Assembly (NCBI GenBank): GCA_030428385.1
Contig: JAUIDY010000013.1
Span: 5,583-69,582, forward strand
DNA: 64,000 nucleotides
Direction: 5' to 3'
From: Rhodothermia bacterium
GTDB taxonomy: Bacteria > Bacteroidota > Rhodothermia > Rhodothermales > JAAAOL01
Positions 9,257 through 19,435 of the stretch are shown piece after piece (position 1 is the stretch's first letter; each line of letters opens with the position of its first letter). The notes under the pieces are model-generated. The model had not been told where the DNA came from, made no database searches, and was given only the letters and a program-made list of their open reading frames with translations. The position numbers and the translations under genes are program-made.

Positions 9257-10684
9257 ATGGAAGCCAACTTAAATCCAGCCCTCTCTTCAAACGCCCCCCA
9301 AGCTCGACTGAGCATTAAAGAGAAAGTGGGCTACAGCCTGGGCGATGCCGCCTCGAATATCTACTTCCAGATCTTCGTCGTCTTCTTGCCCAGCTTCTAC
9401 ACCAACGTCTTTGGCATCTCCGCCACAGCGATGGGCACGATGTTGCTCCTAACACGCGTATTTGATGCCGTGAACGACCCGCTCATGGGCATGATCGCGG
9501 ACCGGACCAATACGCGCTGGGGCAAATTCCGCCCCTATATCGCTGTGCTGGCGCTCCCGCTGGCAGTGGGCGGCGTGCTGGCTTTCACCACGCCCGACTT
9601 CAGCGACCGGGGCATGCTGATCTATGCCTATATCACCTACAGCTTGCTGATGGTGCTCTATACCGCCGTGAACGTCCCCTACGCCGCGCTGATGGGCGTT
9701 ATTACGCCCACCTCGAAGGAGCGGCAAACGGTGTCTACCTATCGCTTTGTCGCGGCCTTTATTGGTCAGCTCATCATCGGCTCCACCGCCCTCATCCTCG
9801 TGCAGCGGCTCGGCGACGGCGACACCCAGGTCGGCTGGCGATTCACCATGATGCTGTATGGCGTGCTGGTGGTGGCCCTGCTGCTCGGGACGTTTTTCCT
9901 GACCAAAGAGCGCGTGCAAACCACCCAAAGCTATCAGGGAAACATTAAGGAGGACCTCAAGGACCTCTTCAAAAACAAACCCTGGGTGTTGATTGGTGCG
10001 GCTACGGTCTTCCAGTTGACGTACATCGTCATGCGCGGCTCGGCCACGCCGTACTATTTCGAGTTTTTTGTACGGGATCAGGAATTGTCGCTCTTTGGGT
10101 CGACCATCGTTCTCGACTATGCCTATTTCACCTCGTCCTTCCTCACCGTAGGCACCTTCTCCACGCTGGCAGGCGCGATCTGCACCGGGTTGTTCACGAA
10201 AAAGATGGACAAAAAGACCACCTACGCCTCCTTCCTGATCGCGAGCGCTGGTTTTTCGGTCTTTTACTTCTTCCTGCAGCCCGACAGCGTGCTGATGATC
10301 TTCGTGCTGAACGTGCTGGTCTCGTTCTTCTTCGGATCGGTGTCGGTAATTCAGTGGGCCATCTACACCGATACGGCCGACTTCGGGGAATGGAAATTCG
10401 GACGCCGCGCCACAGCGCTCATCATGGCGGCTTCGTTGTTTGCGCTGAAACTGGGCCTGACGCTGGGAGGCACCTTCGTAGGTTGGATCCTCGGCTGGTA
10501 TGGTTTTGAAGCGGGGGCTGTCCAGTCGGAAGAAACCTTAACCGGCATCCGGATGCTGATGAGCTTCTACCCGGCCATCTTTGGCATCATTGGCGGGGCG
10601 ATTATGCTCTTCTATCCGCTCAATGACAAGAAAATGATCGAAATCGAAACAGACCTGACCAAACGCCACGCGGAAGACGCCTAG
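9257..10684 (+). CDS. Glycoside-pentoside-hexuronide (GPH) family sugar:cation symporter (xyloside-transporter-like)
   Basis: A 12-TM-like hydrophobic pattern. N-terminal KVGYSLGDAASNIYFQ and MGMIADRTNTRWGKFRPY motifs are characteristic of MelB/XynT-type GPH carriers. Confidence 0.85.
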   Translation: MEANLNPALSSNAPQARLSIKEKVGYSLGDAASNIYFQIFVVFLPSFYTNVFGISATAMGTMLLLTRVFDAVNDPLMGMIADRTNTRWGKFRPYIAVLALPLAVGGVLAFTTPDFSDRGMLIYAYITYSLLMVLYTAVNVPYAALMGVITPTSKERQTVSTYRFVAAFIGQLIIGSTALILVQRLGDGDTQVGWRFTMMLYGVLVVALLLGTFFLTKERVQTTQSYQGNIKEDLKDLFKNKPWVLIGAATVFQLTYIVMRGSATPYYFEFFVRDQELSLFGSTIVLDYAYFTSSFLTVGTFSTLAGAICTGLFTKKMDKKTTYASFLIASAGFSVFYFFLQPDSVLMIFVLNVLVSFFFGSVSVIQWAIYTDTADFGEWKFGRRATALIMAASLFALKLGLTLGGTFVGWILGWYGFEAGAVQSEETLTGIRMLMSFYPAIFGIIGGAIMLFYPLNDKKMIEIETDLTKRHAEDA

Positions 10685-10726
10685 CTTTCCACTGATCTCC
10701 CACTCACCACCCCCCTACCCATTGCC

Positions 10727-11866
10727 ATGAAAGCCGCCTCACTGCTTCTTGTTTTCCTGCTGCTCCTGAGCGCCTGCGCCGAATCAACGCCCGACGCGGA
10801 AGACACCGCACCCGCCGTCGAACCCACGACGCTGAAGGATGCCTTTGCCAGTGCGTTTCTGGTGGGCGCGGCCCTCAATCCCCGCCAGGTCAGCGGACAA
10901 GATTCGATGGGCAACGCGCTCGTCGCTGAGCAATTCAACAGCATCACCCCCGAAAACGTGATGAAGTGGGGCCTCATCCATCCCACCCCCGACTCCTTCG
11001 CTTTTGCAGCAGCGGATGAGTTTGTGGCGTTCGGTGAGGCGCATGACATGTTTATGGTGGGCCATACGCTGGTGTGGCACAGCCAGACGCCCGGCTGGGT
11101 GTTCCAGGACGAAAACGGCGACCCGCTCACCCGCGACGCGCTGCTGGAACGCATGCAAAACCACATCGAAACCGTTGTAGGCCGCTACAAAGGCCGGGTG
11201 CAAGGCTGGGATGTGGTTAATGAAGCCCTCAACGAAGATGGCACCCTGCGCGAGACGCCGTGGCTGCGCATTATCGGCGAAGACTACCTCGTGAAAGCCT
11301 TTGAGTTTGCCCACAACGCCGACCCCGATGCCGAGTTGTACTACAACGACTACTCGCTGGAAAACGCCCCCAAGCGCAACGGGGCGGTGCGGCTGGTGAC
11401 GAGCCTGCAAGAAGCAGGCATCCCGGTCGCAGGAATCGGCACCCAGGGTCATTTTAGCTTCACCTTTCCCACATTGGCACAGCAAGACAGCACCATCGAA
11501 GCCTTTGCCGCGCTGGGCGTAAAGGTGATGGTCACAGAACTCGACATCGCGGTGCTGCCCCGAGAAAGCCTGAGCAACACGGCAGACGTCAGTGAGCGCC
11601 AGGCCTTCCAGGCACGCATGAACCCGTATACCGCAGGGCTCCCCGACTCGGTGCAGCAAGCCCTGGCCCAACGCTATGCCGACCTTTTCAGCGTCTACGT
11701 CAAACACCAGGACGTGATCGACCGCGTAACGTTCTGGGGCGTCACCGACGGCGACTCGTGGCTCAACGGCTGGCCTATTCTGGGCCGCACCAGCTACCCG
11801 CTGCTCTTCGACCGCAACTACCAGCCGAAGCCTGCTTTCCATGCCGTGATGGAAACGGCCCCCTGA
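10727..11866 (+). CDS. Endo-1,4-beta-xylanase, GH10, lipoprotein
   Basis: Lipobox LLLLSACAES. GH10 catalytic motifs WDVVNEAL (acid/base) and VMVTELDIA (nucleophile). Confidence 0.9.
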   Translation: MKAASLLLVFLLLLSACAESTPDAEDTAPAVEPTTLKDAFASAFLVGAALNPRQVSGQDSMGNALVAEQFNSITPENVMKWGLIHPTPDSFAFAAADEFVAFGEAHDMFMVGHTLVWHSQTPGWVFQDENGDPLTRDALLERMQNHIETVVGRYKGRVQGWDVVNEALNEDGTLRETPWLRIIGEDYLVKAFEFAHNADPDAELYYNDYSLENAPKRNGAVRLVTSLQEAGIPVAGIGTQGHFSFTFPTLAQQDSTIEAFAALGVKVMVTELDIAVLPRESLSNTADVSERQAFQARMNPYTAGLPDSVQQALAQRYADLFSVYVKHQDVIDRVTFWGVTDGDSWLNGWPILGRTSYPLLFDRNYQPKPAFHAVMETAP

Positions 11867-12167
11867 ATAACGCCGCCCATAACCGAAACATCCCGGATCA
11901 ATCCGTCTACGTTGCCCGCGCCACGCGTAGGCCATTGACGTTGCCTAGTGTCGTAACAGTACGTCCCAACGGATCGAGCACGGACGCTTTTCTGCCTGCG
12001 TTCCAACTCATAAAAAGCGGGCACTGGTCCAGCCAGCAACACGCGTATTTTGTACCGCCCTCGAACCCGTTGGTGTTAATCGAATTCGGCTTTAATTGGT
12101 TGATTCCCAAGTTGCTTGGCCCGAGTTTCCGGTACCCATCCTCCACCGACGTTGACCCACCCCATCC

Positions 12168-13646
12168 ATGGCCCTGCTCCTTGGCATAGACATTTCCACC
12201 ACCGCAACAAAAGCCCTTCTCATGAACGATGAAGGGGCAGTGGTTGCGGTTGCCAGCAACCCGCATTCGCTCCAGACACCAGCCCCGCTTTGGTCGGAGC
12301 AAGACCCGGCTGAATGGTGGGTCGCGACCCAGAAAAGCATCCGCCAGGCGTTGGACAAAGCCGGTGTTTCTGGCGACGACGTGGCAGGCGTGGGACTGAC
12401 GGGACAGATGCACGGCCTCGTCCTGCTCGATACAGAAGGAACGGTGCTACGCCCCGCCATGCTGTGGAACGACGGCCGCGCCAGCGATGAATGTGACTGG
12501 ATCCGGGAGCAACTCGGACTCGACGCCCTGGTGGAGGCAACCGGTAATAACGCCTTTGCAGGCTTTACAGCCCCCAAACTGCTGTGGGTCCGTAACCATG
12601 AACCGGAGGTCTATGCCCAGGTGGCCCAGGTGCTGCTGCCCAAAGACTACGTGCGGTACTGCCTCACCAATGCCTATGCCACTGACCGCGCCGGTGCAGG
12701 TGGGACGTTGCTGCTGGACCTGCAAACCCGCGATTGGAGCAAAAAAGTCCTCGACACACTTGATATTCCGGCGGGGTGGCTGCCCGCAACCCATGAAGGG
12801 CCCGAAGTCACGGGTACCATCTCGCCAGAAGCGGCAGCCGCTACCGGGCTTCGCCAGGGAACGCCTGTCGTAGGCGGTGGCGGCGACCAAGCCGCCCAGG
12901 CAGTGGGCGTAGGCGCCTCCCGGCCCGGTGTGATGGCGCTGACCGTTGGCACCTCGGGGGTGGTGTTTGCCCCCACCGATAACGCGGTGACGGCTCCCAA
13001 CGGCACCGCGCACAGCTTTCCCCACGCGGTTCCTGGTCGCTGGCACCTCATGGGCGTCATGCTGTCGGCAGCGGGCAGCTTGCGCTGGTACCACGATACC
13101 TTTGCGCCCGACATGAGCTACGACGACCTGCTCGCGGAGGCCGCCGACGTTCCACCCGGTGCCGACGGTGTCTTTTTTCTGCCGTACCTCTCCGGCGAAC
13201 GGACGCCCCATGCCAATCCCCACGCCACCGGCGTTTTCTTCGGTCTCACCTTGCGCCATGGCCGTGGGCATATCACCCGTGCCGTGCTCGAAGGCGTGGC
13301 CTTTGGCTTAAAAGACAACCTGACGTTGCTCCGCGAGGCAGGTGTCCCCGCTCCCACCGAGTTACGCGTATCGGGTGGCGGGGCCCGCAGTCCGCTGTGG
13401 CAACAGATTCTCGCCGACGTACTGGGCGCTCCCCTCCTCGCCCCCCAAACCACCGAAGGCGCTGCCTATGGGGCCGCCCTCCTCGCAGGTGTTGGTGCCA
13501 ACATCTGGGCTGATGTAGATGCAGCCTGCGATGCCACCATCGCGTGCACGGTGACTGCCACTCCTGATGTGGCCATGATGACCACCTACGAAGGGATTTA
13601 TCAAACCTTCCGCAGCCTTTACCCCGCCATGGAATCGTTGTTTTAG
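12168..13646 (+). CDS. xylB: Xylulokinase (FGGY family)
   Basis: MALLLGIDISTTATKALL N-terminus and GGGDQAAQAVG. Full-length FGGY architecture with a typical xylulokinase C-terminus. Confidence 0.88.
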   Translation: MALLLGIDISTTATKALLMNDEGAVVAVASNPHSLQTPAPLWSEQDPAEWWVATQKSIRQALDKAGVSGDDVAGVGLTGQMHGLVLLDTEGTVLRPAMLWNDGRASDECDWIREQLGLDALVEATGNNAFAGFTAPKLLWVRNHEPEVYAQVAQVLLPKDYVRYCLTNAYATDRAGAGGTLLLDLQTRDWSKKVLDTLDIPAGWLPATHEGPEVTGTISPEAAAATGLRQGTPVVGGGGDQAAQAVGVGASRPGVMALTVGTSGVVFAPTDNAVTAPNGTAHSFPHAVPGRWHLMGVMLSAAGSLRWYHDTFAPDMSYDDLLAEAADVPPGADGVFFLPYLSGERTPHANPHATGVFFGLTLRHGRGHITRAVLEGVAFGLKDNLTLLREAGVPAPTELRVSGGGARSPLWQQILADVLGAPLLAPQTTEGAAYGAALLAGVGANIWADVDAACDATIACTVTATPDVAMMTTYEGIYQTFRSLYPAMESLF

Positions 13647-13947
13647 AAGCTGTTTTGATTTTCAGCTTGAAGCGAGCAAGATGACATGGTGGATGGATTT
13701 GCCCTCCTCTATTAATTCAACGCTATATTGCGCGATATTTAATTTCGCAGGCCTGGAAAGAAGGCCTTTCCCGCGCCCGAGCAGTCGCCCCACCCTGCTC
13801 ATTAACGGCACGGTTCCTGCTTCCCCCTTCTCCCAAACCCTGGAAACGCTGTCTTCCTGACGGCAACCACCCACCAACAAAATCACTTTTTTTTCAGTCC
13901 GACTGAATGTAGGCCGGAATCCTTCGTCCAATACTTGTAAACATCCT

Positions 13948-16900
13948 TTGTCGTCTCCCCCCCAAGACCTGGTAAAAGGCACGTTGCAAGTACCTCAAAA
14001 TCGTTTGCTTGGCTCACAAACACATAGCCCCCTTCACCGCGTCATCCACGGGCTTTGTGCTCTGGCGTTTCTGTCTTTCTGCCGCGTGGCATGGCTCGGT
14101 GCCTATATGGCGGGTGGATTGCTTTTGTTCACAACTGGCCTTGTTCGCGCACAGGACATCGGTTGTACGTGGCATGCGGAAGTGACGTGTCAGCAGTGGA
14201 CCGTCCGTGATGGCCTCACCTCGAACCATGCCCGCAGCGTGGCCTTTGGCCCCCAGGGGTATATGTGGCTGGCCACCAATGGCGGCATCGTTCGGTTCGA
14301 TGGCGCTCAGTTCAAAACCTATACAGTAACCAACACCCCGGTCCTCACCAGCAACCGGATCCGACGGGCCGTGGAAGGTCCCAACAAAAGCTTGTGGATC
14401 CTCACCGAGCAGGGACATGTGTTCTACCGGGAGCACAACACGTTTGTGCAGTTACGCTTGGATGGCCCGGGCTCTCCGATGCTGGAGGCAACCAGTCTGC
14501 AAATTGAAGAAGACATCGTGTGGATTCCCACCCGGGCGGGCCTGTACCGGTTCTACAACGACGTGCTGGAGCCTTTTATGCCTGCAGTACTCCAAGGCGA
14601 TGTACGCACCCTTCATCGGGACGTGAACGATCGGTTGTGGATTGCCACCAAAGACCACATCTACTACCAGCATGGCGACACCCTCCACGCCGTGGACCTA
14701 CCCGACTACCCGCCCAACTACATGGGCCGCATCATCCTCTTTGAAGACCAACAGAACAGAATGTGGATCGGGTTCCCTAACCTGACATACCGCATCGACA
14801 ATGGTCAGGTTGAGCGACTCGATGATGGCGGGGCACCGTTGACCATAATGGACCCGTTTCAGGAAGATGACACCGGCACGGTCTGGTTCAATCATCCCCA
14901 CAAAGGGTGGGGTTATCATGACGGCACACACTTTCGGATAGCAAATCCTGACAAACCCTATTCCCTCAAACACATCCTACACGCCGCTGACGGATCTGTC
15001 TGGAAAGTTACGCGGGTGCTCAATGGAGAGCCCTTTTTGGGGTCGCAGCAAGCCGATGTGTTGTATCGCAACGAAGACCCCATGCTTCGCCTGAGTCGGA
15101 CCATTAGCGGCATTGCGCAGGATGAAGCAGGAAACGTCTGGGTGTCGGCGACGGATCAAGGGCTGTTCCGCTATAAGCCGGTGTCCGTATATACCTACGA
15201 TGTTTTTCCGGGCACGGGCCATGGAAACGTGTACCCGGTTCATGTAGACTCGGCAGGAACGGTGTGGGCAGGCGTCTGGCAAGAAGGCGTGGTGCGCATT
15301 GGACCCGACGGTTCACAAACCTTCCAAACGGGGAAGCACCCAGAAAGTGCAGAACTGATTACGGCCCTTTACATGGATCGCCGAGGCACCCTCTGGGTGG
15401 GGAGGTTTGACGATCTCTGTATGATGGTGGAGGGCACGTGTGTAGAACTGCCTCCCCACATCCCCAAAGTCCAGACCAAGATCGTCCGTGCGGTGATGGA
15501 AGATCAAAAAGGTCAGTTTTGGATGGGGGCGAATGTTGGTCTTTCAAGGGGGAATCCCTATGACCCCGAAAGCGACTGGGTGGTCTATGACTTGGAACCC
15601 GACGTCCAGGAAGAGCGCGTCCGCGTGCTTGTAGAAACCCGGAACGGAGATATCCTCACCGCTGTGAGCGGCTATGGGATCTATCGTTTTCTTGAGGAAA
15701 CCAACCAGTTTGAGCGCTTCAACAAAACACATGGCCTGCCTTCCAACTTTGTGCGCGACATCTATGAAGATGAAGCAGGCGTGCTCTGGTTGGCCATGGA
15801 AGACTTTGGGTTGTGCCGCCTGGATCGTCAGGACGGGCGCTCGCTGGTGCAGGCCGATTTGCACTGTCTCACGACCGAAGACGGCCTTTTTTCCAACAAC
15901 CTCCACCGCATCATTGAAGACGATTCGGGCCGATTCTGGATCAACAGCAACGACGGTATTTTCTGGGTTTTACGTTCCAACCTCGAAGCCTTTGCGGCGG
16001 GGACGCTGCGCTCCGTCATCTCAGTGAGCTACACTGAAGCCGATGGCATGCTCAACCGCGAAGGGAATGGGGGCATCCAGCCCGCCGGAGCCCGTGGTGC
16101 CGACGGGCGCATCTGGTTTCCCACCCAGAATGGGGTTGTTGTCATTAATCCCACTGAATTAGAAGCCGCACCGCCGCCCACTCCCCTGATCGAGTCGGTT
16201 ATTGCCAACGGCGAGGTGCTTCAAGGGCCCTCGGTGAGCCTTTCGGCAGATCAGGATGAAGTTGATATTTTGTTCACCGCCCTCGAATTCACCCGCCCCG
16301 ACGACGTGCGCTTCCGCTACCGGCTGGGCCCGGACAGCCCCTGGCGCGAGGCCGGGGCCTCCCGACGGGTCTCGTTTGCGCAGTTTCCGGCAGGTGCGCA
16401 CACCTTCGAGGTGATGGCCGGGGTGGGCGGGCTCTGGAGCCGCCCCATGGCCCTTTCCATCACCAAAGTGCCAGCCTTCTGGGAAACCCGGTGGGCGTAC
16501 GGCCTGCTGGTGGCAGGGCTGATGCTGCTCGGATACGGTGCCTTTCGTTTCCGCTTGCGTCAGGCCCATGCGTTGCAACAAAAACTGGAACGGGAAGTCG
16601 CCGAACGCACCGAAGACCTGCGCCGGGCCAACGAACTTAAGTCGCACTTCCTGGCCAACATTTCCCATGAGTTCCGCACCCCGCTGACCCTCACCTTTGG
16701 CCCCCTCGAAGACGCCATATCGGGACGGTTTGCGACGCTGCAAGAAGCCCGTCCTCACTTTGAGCGGGCACGGCGCAACGGTGGACGGCTGCTTCGCCTC
16801 ATCAACCAACTGCTTGACCTATCCCGGCTGGACGCCGGTGCCCTCCTCCTTCACCCCGGACGCCACGACCTGGCCGCGCTGGTCCGCCATCTCACGTCCA

Positions 16901-18249
16901 TGTTTCAATCGCTGGCGCAAGCCCGGCAGATGGAGTTGCAGGTCGACCTTCCGCCGGGGCCGTTGTGGCATGGATTTGATGCCGACAAAATCGAAAAGGT
17001 CATTGTAAACCTGCTTTCCAATGCCTTCAAGTTTACCCCCGATGGCGGACAGGTTTCCATCCGCCTACGCCAGGAACCCGATCAGGGCGTGCGTCTTACC
17101 GTAACCGATACCGGCGTGGGCCTTTCCGAAGAACAACAGCGGCGTATCTTCGACCGGTTTTATCAAGCCGATGCGGCCCAGACGCGCTCCGCGGAAGGGT
17201 CTGGTATTGGCCTCTCCCTCGCCAAAGAATTTGTTCATCTGCATGGCGGCTCCATCGCGGTGCGTAGCACCCCGGGCAACGGTTCTCAGTTTACGGTGCT
17301 GCTGCCTCCGAGCCTCGTCACGGATGACCCAACCGCACTACCAGAACTTGCCGGAGATGGCATTCCGCTGACATCCACCGAGAACGAGCAATCGTCTTTC
17401 TCGGTCGCCCCGCATCCTCCCGTTTCTGCAACGTCCCTTCCCGGGGTAAAAACCGATGTTCAGGACCGCCCGATGGTGCTCATGGTGGAAGACAACGCCG
17501 ATATGCGCGCCTACATGCACCATCACTTGACGCCGTATGTAGACCTTGTTGAAGCGATTGATGGGCAAGATGGTCTCGACCAGGCTCTGGCGCTGGTGCC
17601 CGACCTCATCCTCAGCGATGTGATGATGCCCCGCATGGATGGCATTTCCCTCGTTCGGGCCCTTAAACGAGACCACCGGACCAGCCATATCCCCATTGTA
17701 CTGCTTACCGCCCGCGCCGACGCCGAAAGCCAACTTCAGGGGTTTGAAGAAGGTGCGGAAGCGTACCTCCCCAAACCGTTTCATGCCGACGTTTTGGCGG
17801 CCCAGATCCAGCGCCTGATTGCGGAACGACAACGGTTATGGCGCACGCTGAAACCCGCAACCACAAATCCCGAATCTACCCAAGAAAGCTCCGATGGACT
17901 TCCTGCACGGGAACGGGCCTTCCTGGAAGACGTGGAGCGAGTCATTTTGCGTGAACTGGGCAACGAGCAATTCGGGGTAGACCCGCTGGCCGATGTCATG
18001 GCCATGAGCCGCCGTCAACTTTTGCGCAAGGTACGGGCCCTGACCGGCGAAACAACCACAGATCTCATCCGCCGCCTGCGGATGGAACGGGCCGCTGCCT
18101 TGCTGGCCGAGGGCATGCTTTCGATCAAAGAGATTGGCGATGCCGTGGGGATGTCCAATGCTTCCTCCTTCTCCCGCGCCTTCCGCAAAGTGTATGGGGT
18201 GGCCCCAACGGATTTTGTAGCCGATACCCGCTCCGCGCCCGCCGTCTAG
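13948..18249 (+). CDS. Hybrid two-component system: periplasmic beta-propeller/Y_Y_Y sensor, TM, HisKA/HATPase, receiver and AraC HTH
   Basis: H-box SHFLANISHEFRTPLT. ATPase G-boxes DTGVGL and GSGIGLSLAKE. Receiver MVEDNADMR...SDVMMPRMDG...LLTA. C-terminal AraC-type HTH. The start may instead be ATG 14107. Confidence 0.9.
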   Translation: MSSPPQDLVKGTLQVPQNRLLGSQTHSPLHRVIHGLCALAFLSFCRVAWLGAYMAGGLLLFTTGLVRAQDIGCTWHAEVTCQQWTVRDGLTSNHARSVAFGPQGYMWLATNGGIVRFDGAQFKTYTVTNTPVLTSNRIRRAVEGPNKSLWILTEQGHVFYREHNTFVQLRLDGPGSPMLEATSLQIEEDIVWIPTRAGLYRFYNDVLEPFMPAVLQGDVRTLHRDVNDRLWIATKDHIYYQHGDTLHAVDLPDYPPNYMGRIILFEDQQNRMWIGFPNLTYRIDNGQVERLDDGGAPLTIMDPFQEDDTGTVWFNHPHKGWGYHDGTHFRIANPDKPYSLKHILHAADGSVWKVTRVLNGEPFLGSQQADVLYRNEDPMLRLSRTISGIAQDEAGNVWVSATDQGLFRYKPVSVYTYDVFPGTGHGNVYPVHVDSAGTVWAGVWQEGVVRIGPDGSQTFQTGKHPESAELITALYMDRRGTLWVGRFDDLCMMVEGTCVELPPHIPKVQTKIVRAVMEDQKGQFWMGANVGLSRGNPYDPESDWVVYDLEPDVQEERVRVLVETRNGDILTAVSGYGIYRFLEETNQFERFNKTHGLPSNFVRDIYEDEAGVLWLAMEDFGLCRLDRQDGRSLVQADLHCLTTEDGLFSNNLHRIIEDDSGRFWINSNDGIFWVLRSNLEAFAAGTLRSVISVSYTEADGMLNREGNGGIQPAGARGADGRIWFPTQNGVVVINPTELEAAPPPTPLIESVIANGEVLQGPSVSLSADQDEVDILFTALEFTRPDDVRFRYRLGPDSPWREAGASRRVSFAQFPAGAHTFEVMAGVGGLWSRPMALSITKVPAFWETRWAYGLLVAGLMLLGYGAFRFRLRQAHALQQKLEREVAERTEDLRRANELKSHFLANISHEFRTPLTLTFGPLEDAISGRFATLQEARPHFERARRNGGRLLRLINQLLDLSRLDAGALLLHPGRHDLAALVRHLTSMFQSLAQARQMELQVDLPPGPLWHGFDADKIEKVIVNLLSNAFKFTPDGGQVSIRLRQEPDQGVRLTVTDTGVGLSEEQQRRIFDRFYQADAAQTRSAEGSGIGLSLAKEFVHLHGGSIAVRSTPGNGSQFTVLLPPSLVTDDPTALPELAGDGIPLTSTENEQSSFSVAPHPPVSATSLPGVKTDVQDRPMVLMVEDNADMRAYMHHHLTPYVDLVEAIDGQDGLDQALALVPDLILSDVMMPRMDGISLVRALKRDHRTSHIPIVLLTARADAESQLQGFEEGAEAYLPKPFHADVLAAQIQRLIAERQRLWRTLKPATTNPESTQESSDGLPARERAFLEDVERVILRELGNEQFGVDPLADVMAMSRRQLLRKVRALTGETTTDLIRRLRMERAAALLAEGMLSIKEIGDAVGMSNASSFSRAFRKVYGVAPTDFVADTRSAPAV

Positions 18250-18587
18250 CCCCCTTTCGAACACCTTGCAAACAACCCCAGCTATGGATCAGCCTGTTGG
18301 GGCAAAAGCCAAGTATAGAGGTGCATCAACGCGGTGCGGGGCTTTTGCCTTTAACCACCTTTCGGAGCAGACAGCAGCTGACGCTTCCCGCCTTCTAGTT
18401 GGTGGACACCCCACCCCAATAGGCGTGCCCTTCGTGTCTTGAACCAACGGTACGGATTCTTCTGCATACCTGCTTTCGAATGCCAGATTCCTTTCTAAAT
18501 CTGGCATTTCACAAACCCTAAAATGGCTTATTCCCGTTTCGTGCCCGGCGTTATCTGTTGGAAAAAGCCCCCACACGCCACCATCTA

Positions 18588-18625
18588 GAAAAAAATAAAA
18601 AATGCCCTTTCTACATAAAAAGGGC
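18588..18625 (-). terminator. Intrinsic terminator (minus strand) with no annotated gene upstream of it
   Basis: Stem GCCCTTT (18604..18610) pairs with AAAGGGC (18619..18625). On the minus strand it is followed by ATTTTTTATTTTTTTC (18588..18603). Confidence 0.55.
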
Positions 18626-18630
18626 TGCCT

Positions 18631-18710
18631 ATGTCCCCTCTGGTGCAGTGGATGTCCCCTATGGTACAGCATGTCCCTAATGGTACACTTAATGTCGAGC
18701 ATGGCAAAGT
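18631..18710. repeat. Four tandem direct repeats of about 20 bp (ATGTCCCYnnTGGTRCA core)
   Basis: ATGTCCCCTCTGGTGCAGTGG / ATGTCCCCTATGGTACAGC / ATGTCCCTAATGGTACACTTA / ATGTCGAGCATGGCAAAGT, read directly from the sequence. Confidence 0.75.
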
Positions 18711-18803
18711 AGCCGGACCGTACGTTGGCTACCGATGATGGACGCCGGTTCACCCGTTCGACTTCATCTCGTTTACATCTTTCATGTACGCCCCCTGAGC
18801 ATC

Positions 18804-19184
18804 ATGACTTTCTCACGCCCTCAAAACACTGTTTCGTTTCAACACAACGCCCCCCGCTTCTTGGATGAAGCTGCTCCGAGTTCACCGATGGTGATGGTAA
18901 CTGATACGTCGCTGCGGATCCTGGCCACCGATGTGCTCCTCGCCGAATGCACGGGGTATGATCAGTCCGACCTTTCGGGTGTACATCTGGCACAACTGAT
19001 CCGGGAAGATAACCGCCAAAATACGATGCGTGCAGGTGCCCTTGCGGAAGTGGGCCTGCGCCAAACGGTCGCCTTTGCGTTAGGCCGTCCGAATGGTACC
19101 TACAGCACCCTTACAGGTTTTGTGTACGTCAACATGTGGAAAAACCGCCGTTGCTTGATCTGGATGTTGAAAGAACAAGCCTGA
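18804..19184 (+). CDS. Small PAS-like domain protein (putative)
   Basis: MVMVTDTSLRILATDVLLAECTGYDQSDLSGVHLAQLIRED followed by beta-strand-like segments resembles a PAS fold. The gene is A/T-richer than its surroundings and the start is uncertain. Confidence 0.4.
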   Translation: MTFSRPQNTVSFQHNAPRFLDEAAPSSPMVMVTDTSLRILATDVLLAECTGYDQSDLSGVHLAQLIREDNRQNTMRAGALAEVGLRQTVAFALGRPNGTYSTLTGFVYVNMWKNRRCLIWMLKEQA

Positions 19185-19435
19185 CCCTTCGCAGCACGGT
19201 TTTCTCCCTGGATTAGCCTTCATCCGCCGTCACTTTTACATGGTCTATGCCATGAGTCCGTTCTTATTTGTTCAGATGGAAGAATCCACACCTAGAAAAC
19301 CGCCCATTCAGGGGGCGAACGAGCCTGAAGAATTGCCCGAAACGCCTTCGGAAAAACCCATGTCCACCCTGAGCCCTGCTCAACTGGAACTGGACACCTT
19401 GTTGTCGATGAACCGGAAAAAGCGTCCCCCTTCAA

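Noticed and set aside
10784-11935. 383-aa minus-strand ORF overlapping the whole GH10 xylanase gene.
   Set aside because: No motifs, and Arg/Gly/His-rich shadow composition. The plus-strand frame carries both GH10 catalytic motifs.
18289-18753. 154-aa minus-strand ORF covering the A/T-rich intergenic region after the hybrid regulator.
   Set aside because: Its sequence (HRGHPLHQRGH...) is the translation of the tandem DNA repeats and hairpins. It shows no coding-like composition and no domain.
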